Origin: Eledone cirrhosa
Lineage: Eukaryota
Assembly: GCA_964016885.1 (NCBI GenBank)
Contig: OZ024740.1
Coordinates: 377,456,001-377,520,000 of the forward strand
Reading direction: 5' to 3'
Length of the DNA stretch: 64,000 bases
Shown here: positions 1 through 13,482 of the stretch, piece by piece
Numbering within the stretch: position 1 is the stretch's first letter
Layout: the number at the start of each line of letters is the position of its first letter
Translations under genes and position numbers: made by a program
The notes under the pieces: generated by a model
The model's database searches: none
Seen by the model: only the letters and a program-made list of their open reading frames with translations
Told to the model about the DNA's origin: nothing

Positions 1-608
1 TGGATGCAAATAAAAAATTTCAAGGTTAATATCTCTGTAAGCTTAATGCGCTGATAAGATACGCAATGATACTTATGGAGTCAAGCATATAAATATATTT
101 TTTTCATACTCACACATATCAGTATAATCACACATACATGTGCGTATATATATAAATATACACATAACCACGAACACACAAACACACACACTCCCCCACT
201 CACATTTATATATGTGGATATAAAATCATAAGCAAATAGAAATTAAGTCACTCACATAAACACACTGGTACACACATTTCAAGATCAAGATACAGAAATT
301 AGGTGGGAGGGGGGGGGGAGGGGTCAGTATTAGGTTGTCAGACCAGACAGCCTAATATAAATGTATCTATAAATTATGAAAAATAAAAAAATAAAAACAA
401 TAAAATATATTACATATAATATAATGTACATACGCATACAGATATACATACACATACATACATGTACGCGCACATAGAGATATCTACACATACATACATA
501 CACACATACCTATACTGTCATACACACACATACATTTACACGAACATACACATACACATATAAAAAGATAAAAATACGGACACACACACGCGCAACACAT
601 ACACACAT

Positions 609-665
<57 letters not shown>

Positions 666-774
666 TATACACACACACATAGACTCATATATATATACAT
701 ACACATACATATACTTATACATAAACATATATATCCCACACTCATACCACCATGAAAACACATACAAACATCCA

Positions 775-821
<47 letters not shown>

Positions 822-1210
822 ACATACACACACATACACATATATGTATATATACATACATATATACACACATACACATATATATATACACACACACATA
901 AAATACAGACATGCACATATATATATATATATATATATATATTTCATTACTCTTATATATACACATAGTATATATACATACACAACCTCACTTATACACA
1001 TATACATATAAGTTATATTACAATAATAATAAAGAATAATATATATATATATATATATACATACATATATATATACACACATATACACATATACATACAC
1101 ATACATACATATACATACATACATACACATACATACATACACCTAAATATAAACATATATAAATACACACATACGAATAAAGACATATATTCACACATAG
1201 ACACCTATAT

Positions 1211-1246
<36 letters not shown>

Positions 1247-1333
1247 ATATACACACACATACACATATATACACATATATATATATATACACATATACAC
1301 ACACGCACACACATACAGACACACATACACACT

Positions 1334-1374
<41 letters not shown>

Positions 1375-3097
1375 ATGTGAGTGTGCGCAAATACATACAT
1401 ATATATACACACACACATACAAACACACACAAACACATACATATGCATACGTGCACACACACGCACATATATCACATAGATACGAAGATAATCATATAAA
1501 TAGAGAGACATACAAATATATACAGAACCCATATACACATACATACAAACACGCATATACATATATATACATATATACACACATATATATTCCTATATAC
1601 AAGCATACACATACACACACATATATACATATACATACACATATATATACACCACACATTCACATACACGTACATATATAATACATATATATACATATAT
1701 ATACATACATATGTATGTACAATCATATATACACACTCAATCTTACATTCATATTTACATGCTCATATATGTATTTTTATATTTAGAAATAAATACCAAA
1801 AAAACTATATAGACACCCATCTACACATATATTCATACATATACACTTACAAAAACAGATGATAATAGTATGGGGGAAAGGGGGGGGTTTGGAGAAGGGG
1901 ATCAAAGTAAATATATGTTTCAAGAAACCTATAATATTTTCCATATCTTAATTCAATGTATGTTCTTACATATTTTCAGTGCTAGGAAACACGAAATCTA
2001 TGCATCACAAAATAAAAAAGTATACCATTAATCATATGTCAACTAAACCAAAGATAGTCAACATATTGATTTCCAAGGTGTAAATTAGTTAGGTTTATAA
2101 TATTTGAAGCAGAATTATGAAGTCAAACAGTAGTAGATTATTAATTACATTATAACTAAATTAAAGTTAATAACGTTATGGTATCAATATTAGGAGATGA
2201 ATTTAGTAATAGGGAAAAGAAACCCAAATAAAAATAAAATAAAGTATTACATCGGTAGTAGCATATAAATTATATGTTAACTAAGTTAAAAATTATATAT
2301 TTATTTCAATAGTATATGTTAATTAGTATATGTTAATTAGGTATACAATACATAAAGCAGATATTGTATTTCATCAATAGCATAATATAATTATATGCAA
2401 ATAAAAATCAAAATTAATACGCATACACATACATATACATACACATACACATACATATACATATACATACACATATATATATATATATATACATATATAT
2501 ACACATACATACATATATAGTCGCATAAATATACATACAGATACACATACAATACACACATATACATATACATATAGATATACATATCTTTTTCAAAAAA
2601 TTTGCACAGAATATATTAACTAGGTATATATCCAAAAACACTTCCCATTCTATGATTACATGAAATTCTGCAATTCGTCTGTACAAGGATACTAATTTTA
2701 AGCAAATTAAAATTAAAATTAAAGTTTTAGGTTGATTAAAGCTAAAACCAAATAATAAATATATTTCCAAAATGTATATTAATTAGGTCAATAATACTAA
2801 AAATTCTTTCTCCGTCATAGGATACATGATATTATTTTGTTATATTTTATCTGTAAAAGAATTATAATAAAAAAAATTATAATAAAAGGTTAAACTAAAT
2901 TAAAAAATTATAATAAAAGGTTAAAATAAGTTAAAATTAATCTATAAATTAAATTACTGAATATATATTAGTAATATTTAAAGGTTTTTCAAAATTAATG
3001 ATTACATAATATTTTCTCATCTGTAATAAAATATTAATTAAATTAAATTTATAGGTTAACTAACATTTAAATTAAATTAAATTCTAGAATAATGTTA

Positions 3098-5539
3098 TTA
3101 ATTAGGTTTATAATATTTAAATGTTTTTTTTAGTTTATGATTACACGATATAATTAATTCCTGTCTTTTATTTAATAAGATATCCCTAGACTTCATTATT
3201 TCAAATAGTTCTTGGGAACATAATCTACATTCCTTTCTATTATTTTGATAAGGGGTGGCTCTTTTGAGCACACTCCAGGTCAAATCATATTTTATATTTT
3301 TATTTTTATAACTATTGATTTTTTCTGCTAGAGATGTTGTATTAGCCAGTGCGGCATTTTTAAAGCTATGTTTGTGGGTATTATACCTTGTCTTAAAATT
3401 GTTAGAGGTAGCTCCTATATATGAGCAAATAGAATCTTTAGTTTTAACATTACATTTATAGACTATGTTGTTAACAAGACAATTCCCTTTTAATGGGCAG
3501 TTTGTTTTGTTTCTACAGTTACATCCTTTCGTTAATTCTGTATTTGAGGAGATATTATTGTTAATTTGATGTACTGGTGGTATACTTATAGTTTTCTTAC
3601 ATTTATATGCATTATATGCACTTATATTTTGTTTTATGTTATTTGTTGTAGAATATGAGAATTTAACTGTAGACCTATTTAAGATTTGATGGTATTTGTG
3701 GTTTGGCGGGAAGTTTTTCTCAAGGATATAAAAAAATTTTTTGGCAATATTATCCTTAACTTGTAAATTAAAAGGAGCATTATACCAAGTAACCCGTCTA
3801 TTACGGTTTCTATGTTGTTTATTATTTTTATTATTTTTATATGTTGTATCATGATTTTTACTAGGAGGAATAATGTTAATGATAACACCACAACTATTTT
3901 TAGTTATATTTGTAGATTTAGGTGTTTTATCTTTTTTATTAGGAGTTTTATTATTAATATTTATTATAGTCTTATGATGAGTAGTTTTTTGAGGGTTACT
4001 ATACTTTATATTAGAAGATTTAGTATTTTGGGGTATACTGTGGGTGGCATTTAGGTGTGTACTTTTCATTTGGTGTTTGTTGGTAATATTATGCTGTATG
4101 TTTTCAGTATTTTTAGTAGAAGTTATATACTCTAATCTATTTTTGTGGCCACTTCTATCTAGAGCTTCATTATAAAAGGTCGCATTTTTATCAAATACAT
4201 CTTGGTTAGAAGAAAGGTTAGAAATTCTAAGTGATATATTATATGCAAGGTTTTTAAGGATAGATTTAGGGTGATTAGATTGTGAGTGTATGTAATGTAA
4301 GTTTTGGTTAGGTTTATGGTAAGGTTGGTATATACCCGTAGCTAAATCTAAAGTTATATCTAGGAAATTTACTACTTTACTTGTTTTTTCAAAAGTAATA
4401 TTAAGATTATAATAGTCTTTAAGGAAAGTTCTAATATGCTTTTTGTTTTTTTCGATTTCTGAAAGGCTAAGGTTGTTAGAAAGAAGAAGACAGTCATCAC
4501 GATATAAACCACCTTTGAGGTGGGGAAAAGAGGCATTTATGTTGAAAAGGAGAAAGAGGCCCACAAGATCAGTAATTTGGGCAGAATCGCTTGAACCCAT
4601 AGTAATATCAAAAAGATTACTATAAGTGTTTCTGGTCCAGTATTCATTCTGAAATTCAATAAGTGTTTGTCTAGCATGTGTAATAATGTTAATGTCATCC
4701 GAAGTTAAATTAGATCTATTTTTAGCAAATATTAATGCTTTGTTCAGGAGTATGGGTGATATAGAAGAATAATAATTATCTATATCAAACTGTAGGAAAG
4801 AAGCAGAAGATTTACACCTAATATTTTTAAACCAATTAATTACCTGGGAGGTGTTTTCCCAGAGTGGTAAAATAACGTATTTTCTTATTTGTGGGATGAC
4901 TCTATCTAAAATTTTTTTGCTAATTATTCCAATATCTGATTTGGAGGGACATATAAGTCTAATAGAAGGATTAGAGTTAAAGTTAGATTTGTGATCTTTC
5001 AGGTTGAAGTGTGGACTTCTCAATGCCAAAGGTTCAGTTCTATCTTCAATATTTAGTTTTTTTACTATGTTGTGTGTTTTGTTGTTGATGTTGGTGAGTG
5101 ACGCATTATTAGATTTTTTATAATTTTTTCTGAGTTCTTTATATATGAACTCATTATAATGTTCAATATCCATATGATACAAGTTACCAGTTTTGTCCGA
5201 GTGGACATGGATTTTTTTAGACTTTTTTAGGTCCAATAGGGTAGAATCAAGGTCCTTTTGAAAGACGGATTTATACTTTTTAAATTTGAGGTGTTTAATT
5301 AAATTAAAAAGGTCTTTCTCGAAGTCTTCAAGTAAAAAGTTGTGTGGTGGATTCTTGTAAGTGTTGAAATCATACATATATTTCCGATCTGCTTGTTTAG
5401 ATTTTCTATCAAAGTGGTAGGCTCTCCATCTAACCCTTCTGATAAAATTATTAGTTTTCTGAATCATAAGGAGTAAGAAGTCGTCCTTAGAAGGTATTGG
5501 TATGTTTTTTAAGGAGGTTCCTAAATATTGTTTTTCCAT
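3098..5539 (-). CDS. Penelope-like retroelement polyprotein (reverse transcriptase + C-terminal GIY-YIG endonuclease), probably Naiad clade; intact
   Basis: Uninterrupted ORF. The track starts at a TTG (5560); the first ATG is at 5539 (MEKQ). Motifs: SLKNIPIP, RWRA, SDKT, QFDIDNYYSSI, MGSSDS, GLYRDD, VNFLDITLDL, HSQSNHP, WYNAPF, CNCRNKTNCPLKGNCL zinc motif, IVYKC...YIGAT..FKTRY..HK, CRLCSQE. Confidence 0.93.
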   Translation of the reverse strand: MEKQYLGTSLKNIPIPSKDDFLLLMIQKTNNFIRRVRWRAYHFDRKSKQADRKYMYDFNTYKNPPHNFLLEDFEKDLFNLIKHLKFKKYKSVFQKDLDSTLLDLKKSKKIHVHSDKTGNLYHMDIEHYNEFIYKELRKNYKKSNNASLTNINNKTHNIVKKLNIEDRTEPLALRSPHFNLKDHKSNFNSNPSIRLICPSKSDIGIISKKILDRVIPQIRKYVILPLWENTSQVINWFKNIRCKSSASFLQFDIDNYYSSISPILLNKALIFAKNRSNLTSDDINIITHARQTLIEFQNEYWTRNTYSNLFDITMGSSDSAQITDLVGLFLLFNINASFPHLKGGLYRDDCLLLSNNLSLSEIEKNKKHIRTFLKDYYNLNITFEKTSKVVNFLDITLDLATGIYQPYHKPNQNLHYIHSQSNHPKSILKNLAYNISLRISNLSSNQDVFDKNATFYNEALDRSGHKNRLEYITSTKNTENIQHNITNKHQMKSTHLNATHSIPQNTKSSNIKYSNPQKTTHHKTIININNKTPNKKDKTPKSTNITKNSCGVIINIIPPSKNHDTTYKNNKNNKQHRNRNRRVTWYNAPFNLQVKDNIAKKFFYILEKNFPPNHKYHQILNRSTVKFSYSTTNNIKQNISAYNAYKCKKTISIPPVHQINNNISSNTELTKGCNCRNKTNCPLKGNCLVNNIVYKCNVKTKDSICSYIGATSNNFKTRYNTHKHSFKNAALANTTSLAEKINSYKNKNIKYDLTWSVLKRATPYQNNRKECRLCSQELFEIMKSRDILLNKRQELIISCNHKLKKTFKYYKPN

Positions 5540-5882
5540 TGTGATATGGATGATGGACAATTGAAAGAGCTCAACTAAATGTATATGGGTTTACAAAATC
5601 ATACATATATATATGTTTATACATAAATATAAAATTAATACACACATACAGTACAAAAATACGAATATTTCCGTGAAAATAGGAGCAAAATTATGTAGAT
5701 AAATCTACCAAGAGTTTACGGTAGTGTCCAATCCGTATGAAGAACTCAATGTATTCCGGATATCATGGAAAGAAGAGATGTAATGAAAATCCAATTTCGG
5801 TGAAAGATAAACGGTATACAGAGTCAAGATAAAATATTAAACAAATAATGAACAAACAATTCCTTATATTAAACAAAAAAAG

Positions 5883-6037
5883 TTCACTATTTAACGATCG
5901 TTTCTAGGGTATATATGTGTTATAATTGGTATGCATATTTAACAGATCTATGTACAAAATTATACAAAATTATACAAATTATCAAGATTAAATATACATA
6001 CCTAACTCATATATACGCCGTCTTCAGAAATAATGAA
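5883..6037 (-). ncRNA. Type I hammerhead ribozyme with very long stem II, sense to the PLE ORF
   Basis: Minus strand: TTCATTATTT-CTGAAGA-[stem II including GTATATATG/CATATATAC and GGTATGTATATTTAA/TTAAATATGCATACC]-GAAA-CGATCG-TT-AAATAGTGAA. Stem I is 10 bp; stem III is the palindrome ACGATCGT. Confidence 0.85.
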
Positions 6038-6797
6038 GTATATTTATTGATAATAACAACAATTCAAAATATCAGTTCAAAATTGACCAATGAAAACACA
6101 AAGGGTTAAAAAACAGTTTGGTGTGTGTATATACATGTAAAACCCTACACACATTTTACAATAATGTGTGTATAATTTGTATGTGCATACTAAAAAGATG
6201 GATGCAAATAAAAAATTTCAAGGTTAATATCTCTGTAAGCTTAATGCGCTGATAAGATACGCAATGATACTTATGGAGTCAAGCATATAAATATATTTTT
6301 TTCATACTCACACATATCAGTATAATCACACATACATGTGCGTATATATATAAATATACACATAACCACGAACACACAAACACACACACTCCCCCACTCA
6401 CATTTATATATGTGGATATAAAATCATAAGCAAATAGAAATTAAGTCACTCACATAAACACACTGGTACACACATTTCAAGATCAAGATACAGAAATTAG
6501 GTGGGAGGGGGGGGGAGGGGTCAGTATTAGGTTGTCAGACCAGACAGCCTAATATAAATGTATCTATAAATTATGAAAAATAAAAAAATAAAAACAATAA
6601 AATATATTACATATAATATAATGTACATACGCATACAGATATACATACACATACATACATGTACGCGCACATAGAGATATCTACACATACATACATACAC
6701 ACATACCTATACTGTCATACACACACATACATTTACACGAACATACACATACACATATAAAAAGATAAAAATACGGACACACACACGCGCAACACAT

Positions 6798-6856
<59 letters not shown>

Positions 6857-6965
6857 TATACACACACACATAGACTCATATATATATACATACACATACA
6901 TATACTTATACATAAACATATATATCCCACACTCATACCACCATGAAAACACATACAAACATCCA

Positions 6966-7010
<45 letters not shown>

Positions 7011-7399
7011 ACATACACACACATACACATATATGTATATATACATACATATATACACACATACACATATATATATACACACACACATAAAATACAGACA
7101 TGCACATATATATATATATATATATATATATTTCATTACTCTTATATATACACATAGTATATATACATACACAACCTCACTTATACACATATACATATAA
7201 GTTATATTACAATAATAATAAAGAATAATATATATATATATATATATACATACATATATATATACACACATATACACATATACATACACATACATACATA
7301 TACATACATACATACACATACATACATACACCTAAATATAAACATATATAAATACACACATACGAATAAAGACATATATTCACACATAGACACCTATAT

Positions 7400-7435
<36 letters not shown>

Positions 7436-9100
7436 ATATACACACACATACACATATATACACATATATATATATATACACATATACACACACGCACACA
7501 CATACAGACACACATACACACTCACATATATATATATATATATGTGTATGTGAGTGTGCGCAAATACATACATATATATACACACACACATACAAACACA
7601 CACAAACACATACATATGCATACGTGCACACACACGCACATATATCACATAGATACGAAGATAATCATATAAATAGAGAGACATACAAATATATACAGAA
7701 CCCATATACACATACATACAAACACGCATATACATATATATACATATATACACACATATATATTCCTATATACAAGCATACACATACACACACATATATA
7801 CATATACATACACATATATATACACCACACATTCACATACACGTACATATATAATACATATATATACATATATATACATACATATGTATGTACAATCATA
7901 TATACACACTCAATCTTACATTCATATTTACATGCTCATATATGTATTTTTATATTTAGAAATAAATACCAAAAAAACTATATAGACACCCATCTACACA
8001 TATATTCATACATATACACTTACAAAAACAGATGATAATAGTATGGGGGAAAGGGGGGGGGTTGGAGAAGGGGATCAAAGTAAATATATGTTTCAAGAAA
8101 CCTATAATATTTTCCATATCTTAATTCAATGTATGTTCTTACATATTTTCAGTGCTAGGAAACACGAAATCTATGCATCACAAAATAAAAAAGTATACCA
8201 TTAATCATATGTCAACTAAACCAAAGATAGTCAACATATTGATTTCCAAGGTGTAAATTAGTTAGGTTTATAATATTTGAAGCAGAATTATGAAGTCAAA
8301 CAGTAGTAGATTATTAATTACATTATAACTAAATTAAAGTTAATAACGTTATGGTATCAATATTAGGAGATGAATTTAGTAATAGGGAAAAGAAACCCAA
8401 ATAAAAATAAAATAAAGTATTACATCGGTAGTAGCATATAAATTATATGTTAACTAAGTTAAAAATTATATATTTATTTCAATAGTATATGTTAATTAGT
8501 ATATGTTAATTAGGTATACAATACATAAAGCAGATATTGTATTTCATCAATAGCATAATATAATTATATGCAAATAAAAATCAAAATTAATACGCATACA
8601 CATACATATACATACACATACACATACATATACATATACATACACATATATATATATATATATACATATATATACACATACATACATATATAGTCGCATA
8701 AATATACATACAGATACACATACAATACACACATATACATATACATATAGATATACATATCTTTTTCAAAAAATTTGCACAGAATATATTAACTAGGTAT
8801 ATATCCAAAAACACTTCCCATTCTATGATTACATGAAATTCTGCAATTCGTCTGTACAAGGATACTAATTTTAAGCAAATTAAAATTAAAATTAAAGTTT
8901 TAGGTTGATTAAAGCTAAAACCAAATAATAAATATATTTCCAAAATGTATATTAATTAGGTCAATAATACTAAAAATTCTTTCTCCGTCATAGGATACAT
9001 GATATTATTTTGTTATATTTTATCTGTAAAAGAATTATAATAAAAAAAATTATAATAAAAGGTTAAACTAAATTAAAAAATATATATATATGTATACATA

Positions 9101-9133
<33 letters not shown>

Positions 9134-9219
9134 GTATACATAAATATATTTATATATACATATATATATATATATGTATACATATATATATATGTATACA
9201 TATATATATATATATACAC

Positions 9220-9353
9220 ATGAATTAGCCGTCGAAACGGCTTGAGCTCAGCTGTCGGGGTCTTACTGGTTCCTATTACCCACTCTACTACCTCAAGTAT
9301 TGAGTACTTTGGTGCGTTATGGTCCACCTGGTTCCTTACCACATTTCCTTCGT
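9220..9353 (+). mobile_element. Short TA-flanked element family K carrying the 3' half of an HHR (copies also at 13682-13872, 44912-45105, 49276-49436, degenerate at 53557-53690)
   Basis: Shared sequence TAGCCGTC-GAAA-CGGCTTGAGCTCAGC(C/T)G-TC-GGG...TTCCTTACCACATTTCCTTCGTTATA at five loci, each bounded by (TA)n. Confidence 0.75.
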
Positions 9354-9658
9354 TATATATATACACATATATATATATATGTATACATATATATATATAT
9401 ATACACATATATATATATATGTATACATAAATATATATATATACATATATATATATATGTATACATATATATATATATGTATACATATATATATATATAT
9501 GTATACATATATATATATATGTATACATATATATATATATGTGTGTTTGCAACCTTATATTGCTATACTGCAAATAGCAGCCACTCAATAATTGTTGTTC
9601 ACAGTCCAAATTTTCAAAAAAAAATCTTTTTTTTTAATTTGGACTGTGAACAACAATG

Positions 9659-9725
<67 letters not shown>

Positions 9726-9790
9726 GTATACATATATATATATATGTATACATATATATATATATATGTATACATATATATATATATGTA

Positions 9791-10120
9791 TAGCGGCGAT
9801 GAATTAGTTTTGCGAGGTTTTTTATATGAAATCGTGTGTCGAAACAGATATTGTTATATTTGGGGAGGGTCATATTTGCGTAATATTGCCAGAATTAATA
9901 ACAGAACACACTCACTGTTTGGTTGGTTTTCGCTTCTCGCTGTCTTTTATATATATATATCTGCGATCTAACTTACTCTAGTTAGATCGCAGTAAGTTAG
10001 ATCGCAGATATATATATATAAAAGACAGCGAGAAGCGAAAACCAACCAAACAGTGAGTGTGTTCTGTTATTAATTCTGGCAATATTACGCAAATATGACC
10101 CTCCCCAAATATAACAATAT
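9791..10120. repeat. Tail-to-tail inverted duplication of a short dispersed element (family also at 13912-14456 and 45120-45350)
   Basis: 9848-9960 is the reverse complement of 10008-10120. The GGGAGGGTCAT...AACACAC...GGTTGGTT motifs recur at the other two loci. Confidence 0.8.
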
Positions 10121-10155
10121 ATATGTATACATATATATATATATGTATATATATG

Positions 10156-10300
<145 letters not shown>

Positions 10301-10342
10301 GTATACATATATATTTATATATATGTATATATATATATAAAA

Positions 10343-10632
10343 GAGAAAACACAGGTAAGCATTAAGAGAAGGATTTTATCCAGGTATTTACGACCGTTTC
10401 ATTGGTAAGTGCAACCTTATATTGCTATACTGCAAATAGCAGCCACTCAATAATTGTTGTTCACAGTCCAAATTTTCAAAAAAAAATCTTTTTTTTTAAT
10501 TTGGACTGTGAACAACAATTATAATTGAGTGGCTGCTATTTGCAGTATAGCAATATATGGTTGCACTTACCAATGAAACGGTCGTAAATACCTGGATAAA
10601 ATCCTTCTCTTAATGCTTACCTGTGTTTTCCC
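10343..10632. repeat. ~290 bp near-perfect palindrome, with a partial copy at 9548-9657; contains a possible HHR 3' half (GAAA-CGGTCG-TA)
   Basis: GAAAACACAGGTAAGCATTAAGAGAAGG...CCTTCTCTTAATGCTTACCTGTGTTTTC; apex near 10487. Confidence 0.85.
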
Positions 10633-10768
10633 TTTTATACTTTATACTCCAAGATTGAACGGAATTCTTACAAACTTGTGGAGTTACCCCTAAGCGTACG
10701 TTGAAACCATCCATGAAACTGGCTTTCTTAACCAAAAACTGGATCACAATAAGCAATTTTTTGCTTCT

Positions 10769-10860
<92 letters not shown>

Positions 10861-10869
10861 ATATAATAT

Positions 10870-11100
10870 AAAACGAAAAATCAGTGATACATCTGAACTC
10901 AATTTATTGTGTGTCACAAGTGTTTCGCAGGCAGACAGCTCGATACACGATCATTTTGTGGATCTGTCTGATTCTGGAACTGCAGGTTCGTCGGACACTT
11001 ATAAAAACTTCGGATCAAATTTTCTCACTGGGGTGTTAGCGTCAAAAAACATCCTCTTCGCTCGTCCTGCTATTGGCTGTTTTTTGTCTACGTCATCATA
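10870..11100 (-). mobile_element. Short element family J with a decayed HHR (10911-10998); homologous to 53080-53400
   Basis: Minus strand: GTGT-CCGACGA...GAAA-CACTTG-TG-ACAC. Aligns by eye with the 53 kb palindrome arms. Confidence 0.6.
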
Positions 11101-11820
11101 AATTTTGATCAACAGGTACTGTCAAACTGCCCATCAGCTCTCCTTTTTCCTGCCACACTTCAATGAATCCCTGCTGGGTTTGGTAGTTCACACGTCCACG
11201 CGCGCACTTACACACACACAAATATATATAAATATATATATATATACACACAGTCAGACACACAATCATATAAATAACAACATCCGTACGCATATACTTC
11301 CGCTATACATACGCACCCAAAGAGAACCCATAAAACTATAGATATACGCGTCAACAGACGCCTGCCTACATGCCCACGTACATCAACTCACACACATACA
11401 CACGCACGCGCACACAGGCGCACACACATGCATACGCGTAGATCTACTCGTATACACAAACACGTACAGACATATACATAGACACGCACACGCACATACA
11501 CACACGTGTCCATATATACAGGCACAAAAACAGACTCGCTCGCAAACACACATATATATGTATATATATGTACATATATATACACACAAACAAGCCCTTA
11601 CACTACAGTGGGTGCAAGTACACACACACACACACACACACATACACACACTGGCTCATATACACTCTTACAAATATGCGCCTATTACCTACAGGCCCAC
11701 GCACATGTATATATATAGCCTCACACATACGAACGTATACACCAAATACACATGAGAATATATATTTAAAAAAATACGATATTAATAAATGGAAATTATA
11801 TTTATAAAACCATATTTATT

Positions 11821-11885
11821 TCATTATATATATTTCAAGGATACCAAGTTAAATTATGGTATGCCTTCATCAGACAAAATACAAT
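11821..11885 (-). ncRNA. HHR-like motif, family C' (copies at 24760-24822 + and 41715-41782 +)
   Basis: TTTTGT-CTGATGA-AGGCATACCA...TGGTATCCTT-GAAA-TATA-TA-TAAT. All three copies share the ~50 bp 3' tail ending TTCCATTT(A/G)TTAATAT. Stem I is weak. Confidence 0.6.
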
Positions 11886-12234
11886 ATATAACAGTTTTAT
11901 AAATAGACATTGACGTACCCTTTTAAAAAGTGACCGTTGCTTTTGGAGGCCATCAGGATATTAAAATATATATATATATATGTGTGTGTGTGTGCATGTA
12001 TACATATAATTATATAAACGTATATAAATATACACACATAAATACGTATATACCGCGCGCGCACACATACCTACATGTAAATACACATATGTGTATTTGC
12101 GTGGGTTCTGTATGTGCGTGCGTGTTTTTTTGTGTACGTGCTTGTATTTGCATAACCATGGCGGGTGTTTTTGCGTATACATGTGTATGTACGTGTATGG
12201 ATGTGTGCATGTATATATTTAATCTTTGTTGATT

Positions 12235-12740
12235 TCAATTACCTCTGTAATTTATTTACATTATTCTTAACTCTGAAGCCGAGAATCATTCGGTGTCCTA
12301 AATAGAATTTTAGTCTACGACTTCAGTTATACCATAAATATGATATTCTCTTTGCGTGTAATTGTTCTCATCGATACACATAATGACGTATTATCTTCGT
12401 TTTTTTCCGTTCATTACCAGAGAACGTCTCCACGAACCATCTAATAGAATATTAGTCTACGACTTCATTTATACCATAAACGTGGTTTTTTTTTGCGTGT
12501 AATTGTTTTCATCGCTCCAAATAATGACGTATTATCTTCGTTTTTTTTTTTTCATTCTTTGCCAGGGAACGTTTCCACGAACCAAAGTATCGTCTTTCTG
12601 TCTTCCTTCGGTTGCAACGTTTTTCGAAATATTTACTTCTGCGTTCACAGATTGATTTTTTTAGTTTCAGAAGATCCCGTTAAGGGTGAAAGCAGCGATT
12701 CTTTGCTTAAACTTTAATCTGTTATTTTAATAAATAAATA
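12235..12740 (+). mobile_element. Short element family B with an internal ~145 bp duplication and a terminal HHR-like motif (copies at 15968-16125 +, 52038-52510 -, fragments at 49928-50030 and 52910-52945)
   Basis: Direct sequence identity among loci; the longer copies end TTTAATCTGTTATTTTAATA next to (TA)n. Confidence 0.8.
12663..12713 (+). ncRNA. HHR-like motif with variant core CAGAAGA (also 16053-16103 + and 52055-52105 -)
   Basis: AGTTT-CAGAAGA-TCCC gttaa GGGT-GAAA-GCA gcgattctt TGC-TT-AAACT. All three stems form; position 4 is A instead of U in all three full copies. Confidence 0.65.
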
Positions 12741-12839
12741 TATATATATATTAAAGAGTTAAACAAGATTCAATGAGTATATCAAAGAATGAGTTTTACA
12801 GTAGATTGGAAGCACTCTATGGTAATAATTTTAGAGTTA

Positions 12840-13302
12840 TTAATATTAAAATACAAATATTCATAAAATAGATGTTCTTTTGATCAATTACATTTTATTA
12901 TACATATTTCGGATATACAACAATACGTCCTCATCAGACAAAATATAATGATACATGACATACCCTGAGATGTTAAATGGTTAAGATTTAATCAAGGTAG
13001 TGATTAACCTAAGAGAAAGTTTAACATTTATACCCTAATAATGAGAAGATACGAAAACGTAATAAATTCAATAGAGAATGTGTGAGTAAGAAAAACGTGC
13101 TTAATGTATCAGTTGTAGAGATTTTAAAATGTATGATACTACAATTTATCTGGGAAAACAGTCAATGAGAGCCATTGGAATATATCATATAGCATTATAT
13201 TTTGTCTGATGAGGACGTACTGTTGTACATCCGAAATATGTATAATAAAATGTAATTGATCAAAAGAACATCTATTTTATTAATATTTATATTTTAGTAT
13301 TA
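12840..13302. mobile_element. Divergent inverted pair of HHR-bearing ~120 bp arms (HHRs at 12891-12950 - and 13193-13252 +) around a ~220 bp spacer
   Basis: TTTTGT-CTGATGA-GGACGTAC tgtt GTACATCC-GAAA-TATG-TA-TAATAAAATG and its diverged reverse complement. Confidence 0.75.
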
Positions 13303-13364
13303 TATATATATATATTTATATTTATATATTTATATATATATATTTATATATATATATATTTATG

Positions 13365-13482
<118 letters not shown>

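Larger units (their letters stand above)
1..9081 (-). mobile_element. PLE insertion in partial-tandem (pseudo-LTR) arrangement, ~6.2 kb unit, running off the window start
   Basis: 1-2908 is repeated almost identically at 6199-9081; visible differences are mainly TA and G tract lengths. The ORF and an HHR lie between the copies. The upstream copy ends abruptly in a TA array at 9081. Confidence 0.9.

Noticed and set aside
3098-5560. Selenocysteine (in-frame UGA) recoding, reported for some Naiad elements
   Set aside because: This ORF has no in-frame TGA and ends in TAA; the break in the 46.5 kb fragment is a 4 bp frameshift.
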